NCBI GenBank assembly: GCA_043816965.1
Contig: JBDRHK010000015.1
Span: 3,548-67,547, forward strand
Source of the DNA: Candidatus Iainarchaeum sp.
GTDB taxonomy: Archaea; Iainarchaeota; Iainarchaeia; Iainarchaeales; JAFCCJ01
Direction: 5' to 3'
DNA: 64,000 nucleotides
Position numbers and translations under genes: made by a program. The notes under the pieces are model-generated. The model worked only from the letters and a program-made list of their open reading frames with translations. It searched no databases and had not been told where the DNA came from. Of this stretch, positions 9,419 to 18,813 are shown piece after piece (the stretch's first letter is position 1; every line of letters starts with the position of its first letter).

Positions 9419-10570
9419 TCACACCGTCGGTTGCGCTATTTTTAGGTAATAAACAAGTAAAATCATTATCCCTGGCATAAGCACCAGGTAGAATATTCCC
9501 ATCATTGTGGGGTTAAGCCCAAGGCCGCCAACATTCGGCAGTGGGGAGTTTGTTATTCCCCCAATAACGGCAACAAACACAGGAATAACAATTGCCATAA
9601 AGATAAATATCACCCCGAAGAAATTCATCTTCTCCCCGAAATCCCTCATCGCAATCCTGAGCTCAAAAGAAACATCCTCGGCAATCTTGTTCATTATGTC
9701 CGAGAGGTTTCCCCCTGTCTTAAGCGCACGTATTATGTGGAGCAATGCGCTTCTTAAGGATTTGGATTCTGTCCTCAGTGCAAAGTGCCTTAGGGCAACT
9801 TTAGTGTCTGTTCCCTCCTCAACCTCGGAAATGGTCCTTGAAAATTCCTCTGAAAGGACGCCATAATCAGAAACAGCGATTGCCTGCAGTGTTTTGTAAA
9901 GCCCTATTCCTGCCTTTAATTCTGTTGACATATGCCTGAGGGCAAAGGGAAGCTCAACACTGATTTCCTTACCCCTCTTCATTGCCTTACTTTTTGGGTT
10001 GAGGAAGCAGATAATGGCTGCAAATAGGAACACAAAAATTGCAATAATCGGCGAAAGCAGCAAAATTAAGTTGTTGTCAAGGAACCAGCCAAGTCCTGCA
10101 AACAAAAGCAGCACAAAGAATGCAGCAATCACTGAAACAGAGGTTGAAATCGCAAGATATTGCTGGATGCTGTATTTCATGTTTGCGCTGTAAAGGTAAT
10201 AGCCTAACTCCCCCGCCCCCGGCATTCTTCTCAGAATCTTTGAAATGAACTTTAAGGGAAGCTCAAACAAAAGATAAACCCTGCCCAAGCTCCTGATTGT
10301 GGGGGAACTGAATTCAGTTAAATCCTCAATTCCCTGCACCCTTATTTTTGACAGCTGGCTTTCGGCAATTATTCCCCGCAGTTCGCTTAATCTGCCGCCA
10401 ACTTCCTCAAATTCAACTCCCTGATCCCGATATTTTTTTTTCATCCTGGTTACAATCTTGTCCACCGCATCAAGGTCGATTGATTCCTCATCCTTTTCAA
10501 TCGCGCCGAACTTTTTGGCCGTTTTCTTTTTTTCTTCAACCTGTTTTCTCAGATCATCAAGTTCAGGCAT
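9419..10570 (-). CDS. pilus assembly membrane protein with T2SS-F domain (TadB/FlaJ-like)
   Basis: T2SSF-type domain ([43 protein letters not shown]...[13 protein letters not shown]) with TM helices. A separate gene from the TadC-like one. Confidence 0.75.
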   Translation of the reverse strand: MPELDDLRKQVEEKKKTAKKFGAIEKDEESIDLDAVDKIVTRMKKKYRDQGVEFEEVGGRLSELRGIIAESQLSKIRVQGIEDLTEFSSPTIRSLGRVYLLFELPLKFISKILRRMPGAGELGYYLYSANMKYSIQQYLAISTSVSVIAAFFVLLLFAGLGWFLDNNLILLLSPIIAIFVFLFAAIICFLNPKSKAMKRGKEISVELPFALRHMSTELKAGIGLYKTLQAIAVSDYGVLSEEFSRTISEVEEGTDTKVALRHFALRTESKSLRSALLHIIRALKTGGNLSDIMNKIAEDVSFELRIAMRDFGEKMNFFGVIFIFMAIVIPVFVAVIGGITNSPLPNVGGLGLNPTMMGIFYLVLMPGIMILLVYYLKIAQPTV

Positions 10571-13500
10571 ATTCTCCCCTCTTCTTTAGCAGGTGGTCCT
10601 GGCAGGCTTTTGATACCTCTTCTATAGACCTTATCTTCTTGTCAACAAGGCTCTTAAGAAACCTTTCCCTGTCCTTAAGTTCGGCATCAATCTGCTTTTT
10701 TGACAGTCCGGTGTATTTTTCAAGTGTCCTGAGGTATGCGCTGGAGAAATTGGACCGAATGAGTTGATCAGTTATTGCATCCCTTTCGAAAAGGGTTTGG
10801 GTTGTTGATTTGCCCTCCAAGACCCCGCCAACCTCCGCCATCTCGGTAATTCTTCTAATGGTGCCTTTTTTCCTGTCATGAAGCCTGTGTTCTATAAGCA
10901 CGAAATCAAGCCCTGAAAGCATCATCTTAGGGACATTCATCGGAGGGCTTGTGACCCTTACTAGTGCCTCTTGGGGAGAGTTTGCGTGGACAGTCCCCAT
11001 GCAATTTGAAACAAACAAGCCATTGGCAATGTAATTGTGGTTATCTTTAACAGTCAGGTCGTAAACATATCCCTCGAATTCCCGGTCCTTCACTTCAACT
11101 ATTTCCTCGAACCTGAAATCAGATTCAACTAATTTTAAAAGTTCCTTTCCAATGGAATTTTCGGAAGTTATCATTGCAATTTTTTCCAGTTGCCCTCTCG
11201 ACGGATTTCTTTGGTTAGTTTCGTATGCCTCAATCGTTGACCTTGTTTTTGCATTCATAAAAGATGCCAATTCTGTTTGCGTTAAGTAACAATCGCTCCT
11301 CGCCCTTTTGATTAAACCGGAAATTTTCGGGAACAAATCCATCGAATTTTTTGAAACTTTCAATAGTCCTGCTAGTTTTTGCCTTTTTGCAGAATGCCTG
11401 AAGCCGATTTTCCCCTGGTATTTTTCAAGGTTATCCTTACCATAAATTGAAATTCTGTAGTAAGGGCCAATATTTCCTTTGCCGTCTTTTTCCTGAATAT
11501 TTGTTGAGGAGTGAATCCCGAATCTCTGGAGAATCATCGGAAGTTTTTTTGCCAGGTCGGGGTTTGATGTTGAGAATTGGATTGAGTTTGAATGCAGATT
11601 CACATGGGCCTCAGCATCGAAAAACCCGCATAATAATTCCCCGATATTTGACTCACTTGAACTTAAAGCCTTTTTCGTTATTTTGAATTTTTTTGTTTTA
11701 TTCCCTAGAGGAATATCATACTCCTCTTCAAAAAGTTTAACCAATTTTTTGTCAAAAACATTTACTCTGGAATAGTTTCCATAGTTTTTGACCGATACCT
11801 TGTTTTTGGTGGTTTTTCCAATCCCGTCCGCAAAATTTTCAATGACTGATTTTTCGTTGTTCACAAACTGAATCCCTTCGCTGTGAATGTGCCCATCTCC
11901 ATAAATCAATCCTGCCAAGTAGGGATGTTTTATTTTTTCCGTGGCACTAATCGTGATTGCCTTTGGAAATGCAATGAAATCCCCCCCCTTTGCCTCTTCA
12001 GAATTTATTTCCTGAATGCCATTATGTATCCTGTAAATCGGATGGTCTTTTGTCAAACAAATGCGTTTTCCTGAGCGGGTTTTTATTATTTTCATCATTT
12101 CTTTTGTTTTCTTCTTCCAGACCCGCGTAATTGGCCTGTTTTCAATTTTCAATGTCTTTTTGTTAAAGCTTGGGACAAGCAGTTCTTCACTTAATTCAAC
12201 AAATTTAAATTCTCCGTCGCTTATTGGACATGTTTCATTAAATTGCCTTTCAACAAAATCCCCAATTGCCTCAATATTCCCGTCTGAAAACTGAATTAAT
12301 GTTTCTCCATTTAATGCGCCTTCATGGCCGGTATTCATGGCGGTAAAAAGCGAGAATGCCTCATCATGCCTTATCTCACCAACTATAATTCTGTCAGGCC
12401 TCATCCTGAGGGAATTTTTAGTCAAAATATCCATTGTTATTTCCCCAGTTCCCTCCATTCCCGGGGGCCTTGATTCAAGCCTTATCCAGTGTTTTAAGGG
12501 AAGGTTCAGTTCTGCAGTGTCCTCAATTGAAACAATCCTTTCAGAAGCAGGAATAAATGAGGCAAGAACATTCAAAGTTGTTGTTTTCCCTGAACCGGTT
12601 CCTCCCGCAATCAGAATGTTTGCGGGCTTTACCCTCAATCCCTCAACACAAAGCCAGAGGAATGCAGCGGTTTCAAGGTTTACTGTATTGAGGTTCAGCA
12701 AATCAACTATTGACAACGGGTCTTCCCTGAATTTCCTTATAGTGAGGGTTGCACCACTTACAGATATGGGGGGGATGGTCGCATTAACCCTGCTCCCATC
12801 AGGGAGTCTTGCATCCAGCAAGGGGGCGGAAATATCAACCCTTCTTCCCACCTGCCTTCCTATCCTGTTTACGAGGTCCTCTATCTCGGACTCGGAAAAG
12901 AATTCAATATTGGTTTTCATCATTTCATATTCCCTGTGGAAAACATAAACCGGGCGTTTTGCGCCAATAACCATAATTTCCTCAAGCCTGTCATCCTTTA
13001 TCAGGGAATCAATAAGCCCATATCCGACCATCTCCCTCACAACAGCATCTGCATAAAACTCAAATCTTCTAGTTGGAATCCTTAACTCTTTCGAGGTCTG
13101 CAGGATTTCCATTATTTTCTGCTGGTAAACACTTCTCCTCTCTTCAGGGTCACGGATTTTGTAGGGGATTATGCTGATTATTCTTGTTGCAGCTTCCTTT
13201 ATTGTGTTGATTATTGTTTTATCCCCCTTCGTCGGCCTTGGCACAGGGGTATAGTAGTACATCAGGGGTTGGCCAGGAATTTCATATATTGTCGTATTTC
13301 CGTAAGATGCAACCTTAATTTTCTTTACATTTTCCATCTCCTTTTCGATTGTTGATTTATCCGGTTCTTCCTCTCCTTCTTTGGCGGGAATTCCCTCCAC
13401 CGAGGCAGGCCCCTTAGGCACTTCAGGGGATTTTCTCCTCTCAAAAATGTTCATAATCCCCTCCTTCCTGCTCTCAATTTCAGGAGTCTCCTCTTTTACC

Positions 13501-13682
13501 GGGGCAGCCACTGGCTCTTGGCGGGCCAAAAATTCATCTGCAGAAGGACCATTGGCTATAGGTTGCGAAGTTGCAGGGCCAGTTTCTATAGTAGACCCCT
13601 CTACCTTAATCCCCTTTTTTTCCTTTGCCTTTCTAATCAGATCATCCAAAGGGTTAGACATATATATCCCATTAATCAACAA
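10563..13682 (-). CDS. type IV pilus assembly ATPase (TadA/CpaF/FlaI family, GspE-like), intein-containing
   Basis: Walker [10 protein letters not shown], Asp box, His box AMNTGHEG. A 438-aa intein follows, then CMGTVHANS resumes host sequence. The N-terminal region is a low-complexity linker. Confidence 0.85.
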   Translation of the reverse strand: MLINGIYMSNPLDDLIRKAKEKKGIKVEGSTIETGPATSQPIANGPSADEFLARQEPVAAPVKEETPEIESRKEGIMNIFERRKSPEVPKGPASVEGIPAKEGEEEPDKSTIEKEMENVKKIKVASYGNTTIYEIPGQPLMYYYTPVPRPTKGDKTIINTIKEAATRIISIIPYKIRDPEERRSVYQQKIMEILQTSKELRIPTRRFEFYADAVVREMVGYGLIDSLIKDDRLEEIMVIGAKRPVYVFHREYEMMKTNIEFFSESEIEDLVNRIGRQVGRRVDISAPLLDARLPDGSRVNATIPPISVSGATLTIRKFREDPLSIVDLLNLNTVNLETAAFLWLCVEGLRVKPANILIAGGTGSGKTTTLNVLASFIPASERIVSIEDTAELNLPLKHWIRLESRPPGMEGTGEITMDILTKNSLRMRPDRIIVGEIRHDEAFSLFTAMNTGHEGALNGETLIQFSDGNIEAIGDFVERQFNETCPISDGEFKFVELSEELLVPSFNKKTLKIENRPITRVWKKKTKEMMKIIKTRSGKRICLTKDHPIYRIHNGIQEINSEEAKGGDFIAFPKAITISATEKIKHPYLAGLIYGDGHIHSEGIQFVNNEKSVIENFADGIGKTTKNKVSVKNYGNYSRVNVFDKKLVKLFEEEYDIPLGNKTKKFKITKKALSSSESNIGELLCGFFDAEAHVNLHSNSIQFSTSNPDLAKKLPMILQRFGIHSSTNIQEKDGKGNIGPYYRISIYGKDNLEKYQGKIGFRHSAKRQKLAGLLKVSKNSMDLFPKISGLIKRARSDCYLTQTELASFMNAKTRSTIEAYETNQRNPSRGQLEKIAMITSENSIGKELLKLVESDFRFEEIVEVKDREFEGYVYDLTVKDNHNYIANGLFVSNCMGTVHANSPQEALVRVTSPPMNVPKMMLSGLDFVLIEHRLHDRKKGTIRRITEMAEVGGVLEGKSTTQTLFERDAITDQLIRSNFSSAYLRTLEKYTGLSKKQIDAELKDRERFLKSLVDKKIRSIEEVSKACQDHLLKKRGEYA
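11004..12317 (-). mobile_element. intein with LAGLIDADG homing endonuclease domain, inserted at TGHEG|C of the pilus ATPase
   Basis: Residues 456-893 of the ATPase. Block [14 protein letters not shown], block [19 protein letters not shown] motifs [11 protein letters not shown] and [11 protein letters not shown], block [25 protein letters not shown], +1 Cys. Coordinates checked codon by codon. Confidence 0.8.
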
Positions 13683-13827
13683 CGTTTCTTTTATTTAATG
13701 GTTTTGGCACGGCTATTTCCCTCCGGGAACTTGCACCCTTCCGGGCACAAGCGAGCTCCGTGCACACGGCGGCTCCCTACGGGGAACCTTGTTCGCTGCG
13801 TTCGCCAATTTGAATTATAAAATCAGC

Positions 13828-15732
13828 CTATTCCTTAGTTTCAATTTCCTTTTTCAATTTTTTTACAAATTCGCCAATCTTAAGCGCCTTCAATACCTTT
13901 TCATCCCTTGTGCGGGGAGTTACGGTTTTTCCTTTTTCTTCCCTTTCACCGACAACAACCATGTAATTAATTTTTTTCATCTGCGCATCCCTTATTTTGT
14001 AGGAAACAGTTTCAGTCCTCAAATCCAGTTCGGTTCTGATTCCCCCGGCCAGCAGTTTTCCATTCACGTCCTCCGCATAATTATTAAATTTCTCACTGAC
14101 AGGAATAACCTTAACCTGAACAGGGCTCAACCAAAGTGGGAACCGCCCGGCATAATGCTCAACAAGAATCCCCATAAACCTTTCAATCGAGCCATAGCAC
14201 GTCCTGTGGAGCATGGTTGGCCTGTGCTCTTTGTCATCCTTTCCGATATAGGAAAGTTCAAACTTCTCAGGCATAGTAAAATCAAGCTGGATTGTTCCGC
14301 ACTGCCAACTCCTTCCCAAAGCATCATTGATATGGAAATCAATCTTTGGCCCGTAAAATGCGCCATCGCCCTCATTCAATTTGTAATCAATCTTCTTTGC
14401 ATTCAATGCATTTTTCAATCCTGATTCTGCGGCCTCCCACATCTCAGCAGAACCCATTGCCTTCTCTGGTTTTGTGCTTAATTCGATTCTGTAATCCTTG
14501 AAGCCAAATGTCCCGTAGATGAAATCAAAAAGATCAATCACGCCGATAACCTCGCCCTTAATCTGCTCGCTTGTGCAATAAATGTGGGCATCATCCTGGG
14601 TAAATTTCCTCACCCTGAACAAACCATTCAGAACCCCGGAAAGCTCATGCCTGTGAACAGTTCCCAGCTCGGCAATCCTTAATGGCAAATCCCTGTAGGA
14701 ATGCCTCCTGGTTTTGTAAATTAAAATTCCTCCAGGACAGTTCATTGGCTTAACAGCATAATCCTCCTCATCAATTTGCGTAAAATACATGTTCTCCTTG
14801 TAGTGGTCCCAATGCCCTGACTTTTCCCACAACTCCCTTTTCAGGATTATGGGTGTGTTGACCTCGCCATAGCCTCTCTTAGAATGCTCATCCCTCCAGA
14901 ATTTCAGGAGCTCATTCCATATCACCATTCCATTCGGATGGAAGAAGGGAACCCCCGGAGATTCAGGGTGGAATGAGTAAAGCTCCAGATCAGTTCCAAT
15001 TTTGATGTGATTTCTTTTCTCTGCCTCTTCAATCAAATGCAGCCACTCATCCAGCATTTTTTTCTCGGGAAAAGCAATTCCATAAATTCTTGTAAGCATT
15101 TTATTTTTTGAGTCTCCTCTCCAATAAGCCCCTGCAATTTTTGTCAATTTAAAGGCGTTAATATAATGCGTATTTGGAACATGTGGCCCTTTGCATAAGT
15201 TATCAAATTCGCCCTGGCGATAGATGCTGACTTTCCCGCCCTTAACTGCATTAACCAGTTCAGTTTTATATGGGTCATTTTTGTAAAAGGCGAGTGCCTC
15301 TTTTTTGGGAACATCCCTTTGGCTTATCCCCCGTTTTTCCTTCACAATCTTCCGCATTTCTTCCTCAATTTTTTTTAGGTCCTCGGGATGCAGTTCTTTT
15401 ATATCATAATCCTGGTAAAAACCGTCATCTATTGCCGTACCCACGCCCAAACCAATATTTTGGCCTTTAAAGACCCTTAATACTGCCTGGGTCATAATAT
15501 GGGATGCGCTGTGCCAGAAAACGCTTTTTCCTTCATCATTTTTGAAAGTGATTATCTCAATCTTCCCATTTTTTTCAATCGGCTTGTTCAAATCCAGCAA
15601 TTCATCATTTACCTTAACCGCGAGCGCGGCCCTTGCAAGGCCGCTGCCTATTGATTCCGCTATCTTCCCGCCGGTAATGCCCTTCTTGAACTTCTTTTTC
15701 GAATTATCCGGAAATGTAAGTTCAATATCCAT
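13828..15732 (-). CDS. thrS: threonyl-tRNA synthetase
   Basis: TGS domain at the N-terminus (MDIELTFPDNSKK), class II aaRS motifs (FRxE-like ...HRHELSG..., GPKIDFH...). The track ORF (to 15960) over-extends upstream; the first in-frame ATG with homology is at 15732..15730. Confidence 0.9.
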   Translation of the reverse strand: MDIELTFPDNSKKKFKKGITGGKIAESIGSGLARAALAVKVNDELLDLNKPIEKNGKIEIITFKNDEGKSVFWHSASHIMTQAVLRVFKGQNIGLGVGTAIDDGFYQDYDIKELHPEDLKKIEEEMRKIVKEKRGISQRDVPKKEALAFYKNDPYKTELVNAVKGGKVSIYRQGEFDNLCKGPHVPNTHYINAFKLTKIAGAYWRGDSKNKMLTRIYGIAFPEKKMLDEWLHLIEEAEKRNHIKIGTDLELYSFHPESPGVPFFHPNGMVIWNELLKFWRDEHSKRGYGEVNTPIILKRELWEKSGHWDHYKENMYFTQIDEEDYAVKPMNCPGGILIYKTRRHSYRDLPLRIAELGTVHRHELSGVLNGLFRVRKFTQDDAHIYCTSEQIKGEVIGVIDLFDFIYGTFGFKDYRIELSTKPEKAMGSAEMWEAAESGLKNALNAKKIDYKLNEGDGAFYGPKIDFHINDALGRSWQCGTIQLDFTMPEKFELSYIGKDDKEHRPTMLHRTCYGSIERFMGILVEHYAGRFPLWLSPVQVKVIPVSEKFNNYAEDVNGKLLAGGIRTELDLRTETVSYKIRDAQMKKINYMVVVGEREEKGKTVTPRTRDEKVLKALKIGEFVKKLKKEIETKE

Positions 15733-15855
15733 ATTCACCACTATAATGCTTACTATGAATTCATTAATAAATAATTTAATATAATAAGCCCATAAACTGA
15801 ATTTTACCAATTTCGCGCAGAAGCAGATTAAAGCACTTCTTTCCCAAAATTTTAT

Positions 15856-17088
15856 ATGATTTCGCCCTCGTTCTGCGTAAGGTGCAAGGGAAGGGGCTGG
15901 TGTGGGGGAAACTGCAGAATTCTCGAAAAGCACACCAACCAGCTGAAGGCTCTTTCCCAATTCTCAGGCACAGAACTGCATGGAAACAGCCCTCCTGCGC
16001 TTTTTGTGGGAAGATACGGCTACCCAAAAGTGAATTTAGCCCCGCTTTCCCCGCCATCGATACTCAAGGATTCCTCCATTCTGGAATCCCCTGAAAGGTG
16101 GTTTGGCCTGTCGCAGGAAAAAATAATTTCCATGCGCGAGCAGTTGGTTAGGGGCAATATAAAGGTTGAAATCAATTCAGCAAGGGACCCCTCCTACCAA
16201 ATCGGCGAAATTCAGGAAACCGCAATGGCAGCCTCCCCGGTAGAAGTTGAAATTGATTTGAAAAACCGGCCCATCCCAAAACTTTCCTTCTCAGATTCCT
16301 CTGCACCAATGGGGCCTAGTGCGGAGATGAAAAAATTCACCCTCACTGAAAATCCATCAATTCCCACTAAAGTGGATTACCTGGTTTCTGATACTGATGT
16401 GCTAAGCACAACCGCCCTCAACGAATTATACCGTTCAGGAATTCCTGTTTCTTCCCTGAGCAAATTATTAAGTGCCGGCCTTTTAGGTGTGAAAAAAAGA
16501 AGAAAGTTTGTTCCGACCAGGTGGGCGATAACAGCTGCAGACTCCAACATCGCAAAAGAGATGGTTGAGGAAAAGGTAAAGGGATTCCAGCAGATAGGTT
16601 CCCATTTCCTGTTCAATTCCAACTACCTTGACAACAACTTTTTTGTCCTCCTGATTCCTGGCGAATGGCAGTTCGAGCAGCTTGAGGCATGGGCTCCTGG
16701 AGGAGTGTGGACAGAGGGGGCGAAAGAACCGAGTGTAATTTCTGATTTCGAATTTTACGGAGGGAGGAAGAAATATGCGGACAATGTTGCAGGCGCCTAC
16801 TATGCGGCAAAGCTTGCAGTTGCAGAATATCTGGTGAAAGAGAAGAGGCAGGCAGGGGCGTTAATTTTCAGGGAGATTGGAGCTGGCTACCAGACGCCAA
16901 TGGGCGTTTGGGTAATTCGCGAGGTGGTAAGGAATGCCTTCTCCAAAAAACCAATGGAATTTTTCGATTTGAATTTGGTGCTAAAATACATCGAATCCAG
17001 ATTAAAAATCCCGATGAAATTCTACCGAAAGGAAAGCAAAATCCTCGAAAGAATAAGAACACAGCGCAAATTGAGTGAATGGTATTAA
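15856..17088 (+). CDS. NreA-like DNA repair protein (archaeal Nre family)
   Basis: N-terminal Cys cluster CVRCKGRGWCGGNC typical of the Nre N-terminal domain. 410 aa. Sits in a replication/repair neighbourhood. Family recalled from memory. Confidence 0.5.
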   Translation: MISPSFCVRCKGRGWCGGNCRILEKHTNQLKALSQFSGTELHGNSPPALFVGRYGYPKVNLAPLSPPSILKDSSILESPERWFGLSQEKIISMREQLVRGNIKVEINSARDPSYQIGEIQETAMAASPVEVEIDLKNRPIPKLSFSDSSAPMGPSAEMKKFTLTENPSIPTKVDYLVSDTDVLSTTALNELYRSGIPVSSLSKLLSAGLLGVKKRRKFVPTRWAITAADSNIAKEMVEEKVKGFQQIGSHFLFNSNYLDNNFFVLLIPGEWQFEQLEAWAPGGVWTEGAKEPSVISDFEFYGGRKKYADNVAGAYYAAKLAVAEYLVKEKRQAGALIFREIGAGYQTPMGVWVIREVVRNAFSKKPMEFFDLNLVLKYIESRLKIPMKFYRKESKILERIRTQRKLSEWY

Positions 17089-17705
17089 TCAGAACTTTCC
17101 AGTTCCTTAATCCCTTTCTCAATCTCCGCCTTTAATTCCTCATATGTGTCGGTAATTGGAATCCCGTGCTTTTCTTTTATGATATTTTTGGGCGGCCTGA
17201 AGAAAACCCCCCTATCCGCCTCCTTCAAAAACGTAATATCGTTGTAACTGTCCCCGACCCCAATTATTTTAAAACCCATTTCATGGAATTTTTGAACGGC
17301 CTTCTTTTTCCCGTCCTGCTGCCTTAGGGAGTAACCAATCAATTCCCCGTTTCCATTAACCTCGATGTTGTTGCACAACAGCGGCGGATAGCCAAGCTGC
17401 GCAACCAATGGCATTGCAAACTCGTAAAATGAATCAGAAAGAATGATTGGAACACTCCTTTCCCTTAACCACTGGATGAAATCTTTCGCTCCCTCAAGAA
17501 CACCCATTGAGCCAATCACTTCCTGTATCTCTTTCAGCCCAATGCCGTTCTCTTTCAGGATTCCAAGCCGCCATTTCATTAATTTATCATAATCTGGCTC
17601 ATCCCTGGTTGTTTTCCTCAGGACCTCAATACCTGTTTTTTCAGCCACTCCAATCCAAATCTCAGGGGTAAAAACACCCTCAAAATCAAGGCATACAAGA
17701 ATCAT
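17085..17705 (-). CDS. thrH: HAD-family phosphoserine phosphatase, ThrH-like
   Basis: MILVCLDFEGVFTPEIWIGVAEKTGIEVLRKTTRDEPDYDKLMKWRLGILKENG...GDSYND. Near-collinear with Pseudomonas ThrH (DxDG(T/V) HAD motif I, motif IV GDSYND). Confidence 0.78.
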   Translation of the reverse strand: MILVCLDFEGVFTPEIWIGVAEKTGIEVLRKTTRDEPDYDKLMKWRLGILKENGIGLKEIQEVIGSMGVLEGAKDFIQWLRERSVPIILSDSFYEFAMPLVAQLGYPPLLCNNIEVNGNGELIGYSLRQQDGKKKAVQKFHEMGFKIIGVGDSYNDITFLKEADRGVFFRPPKNIIKEKHGIPITDTYEELKAEIEKGIKELESSD

Positions 17706-17782
17706 CGCTTATTCACTTTAGTGATTGACTATAATTAGTTTTTTAATTGTATTAGTTAACGCCGTTATTTTTCCACCATCCC

Positions 17783-18388
17783 CTAATCCTTCGGCAAGTG
17801 GCTTTCAAGTAAATCTCTATTTAGATTAACGCTCGGGTACTTATACCTTGCTTCTTCTTCCAGGAGCTTTAAAATGACTGACAAGCCATAATTTGCGCTT
17901 TCAGCAGTTACCGATTTCTTAACCATGCTGCCCAGTTCTTTGGAATATCTGCTGATTAGTTCATCCCCCTCAGGTTTCCTGCCAACAGTTCTGGCGTCGC
18001 CCCTCCGATGCGTGAACCATTCAAAAGTATGTGGCATTGAAATCTGATTTTTCCCGTAAAACAGCCTAGATACCTCTACTTTGGCACCAGTCAGTTCTTT
18101 CAATTTATTCGCGAGAATATGGGATGACGGCACAGTTTTCCAACGTCGTGAATAATCGCCTATAAATATATCGACGACCGTTATTTCTTTTGGAAATTCC
18201 CCTTTATTTTTAGGCAAAACGCGGTATTTTTTCAGTGCTGTTTGAAACTTTTCATTTTGTGTTTTATCATCCTTGTTTCTATCGGCACTAAATGGCAGAA
18301 GGATTAGCCGGTTTTTCGCTTTTCCATTCTTTGCGCCCCTTGCAACTGCATTAGCCATTTGGTAACCAATTCTTGCCCCTACATCCAT
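17783..18388 (-). CDS. hypothetical protein
   Basis: No confident family. The frame stays open upstream to 18484 without an ATG (...KIIFMDVGARIGYQMANAV has a weak Rossmann/FkbM-like DxGA motif). The true start may be non-ATG. Confidence 0.3.
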   Translation of the reverse strand: MDVGARIGYQMANAVARGAKNGKAKNRLILLPFSADRNKDDKTQNEKFQTALKKYRVLPKNKGEFPKEITVVDIFIGDYSRRWKTVPSSHILANKLKELTGAKVEVSRLFYGKNQISMPHTFEWFTHRRGDARTVGRKPEGDELISRYSKELGSMVKKSVTAESANYGLSVILKLLEEEARYKYPSVNLNRDLLESHLPKD

Positions 18389-18484
18389 GAAAATTATTTT
18401 ATCCGCCTCACTTTGGAGAAGCCCCCTAAAATAATTAACAATGCTGGCTGCATCATAATGCGAAAATTTTTCAAAGAATCTTTT

Positions 18485-18811
18485 TCAGTTCAAGCTCAGA
18501 TTTTCGGCCTCTAAACGCGCCATTAGTTCTCCTTCGTGCGCCCGATTTCTTCGCACGTTTCTATTAAATGCTTCAGTTTCAAGCTCCTCGAGCCTTTTGT
18601 TGAACAATCGTTCTCTGGAATTTATTAATCTTTTTACTAGGGCATGAAATTGCTTTTTCGGCATTGAATTTTTTCCTTTGAGAAGCCTTTCATCGGCGCG
18701 CATCATGGACAGGACTTGCTCACGCAATCTCCCCCGTTTTAAAGAGTTTTTTCTGGCCAGCACTTTTTGCAAAGGCACACTTTTTCTGGCCAGCACTTTT
18801 TTCAAATCCAC
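18485..18811 (-). CDS. small highly basic hypothetical protein (possibly spurious)
   Basis: 108 aa, Lys/Arg-rich. The N-terminal repeat KKVLARKSVPLQKVLARKNSL is encoded by a 33-bp tandem DNA repeat immediately downstream of rfcS. Confidence 0.25.
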   Translation of the reverse strand: MDLKKVLARKSVPLQKVLARKNSLKRGRLREQVLSMMRADERLLKGKNSMPKKQFHALVKRLINSRERLFNKRLEELETEAFNRNVRRNRAHEGELMARLEAENLSLN

Positions 18812-18813
18812 AC
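18747..18813. repeat. tandem direct repeat (about 33 bp x2) containing palindrome CTGGCCAG
   Basis: ttttctggccagcactttttgcaaaggcacac / tttttctggccagcacttttttcaaatccacac, immediately 3' of the RFC small subunit stop. Confidence 0.6.

Noticed and set aside
13700-13812. tRNA gene in the GC-rich island
   Set aside because: Neither strand shows GTTC(G/A)ANTC T-loop or D-loop consensus, nor a 7-bp acceptor pairing. Left as an unassigned structured element.
13518-14424. Plus-strand ORFs 13518..13820 and 13789..14424
   Set aside because: They overlap the GC-rich island and are antisense to thrS. Low-complexity translation, no family.
15733-15960. N-terminal 76-codon extension of the ThrRS track ORF
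   Set aside because: The extension has no homology and crosses the divergent promoter region. The TGS domain starts at the internal ATG (15732).
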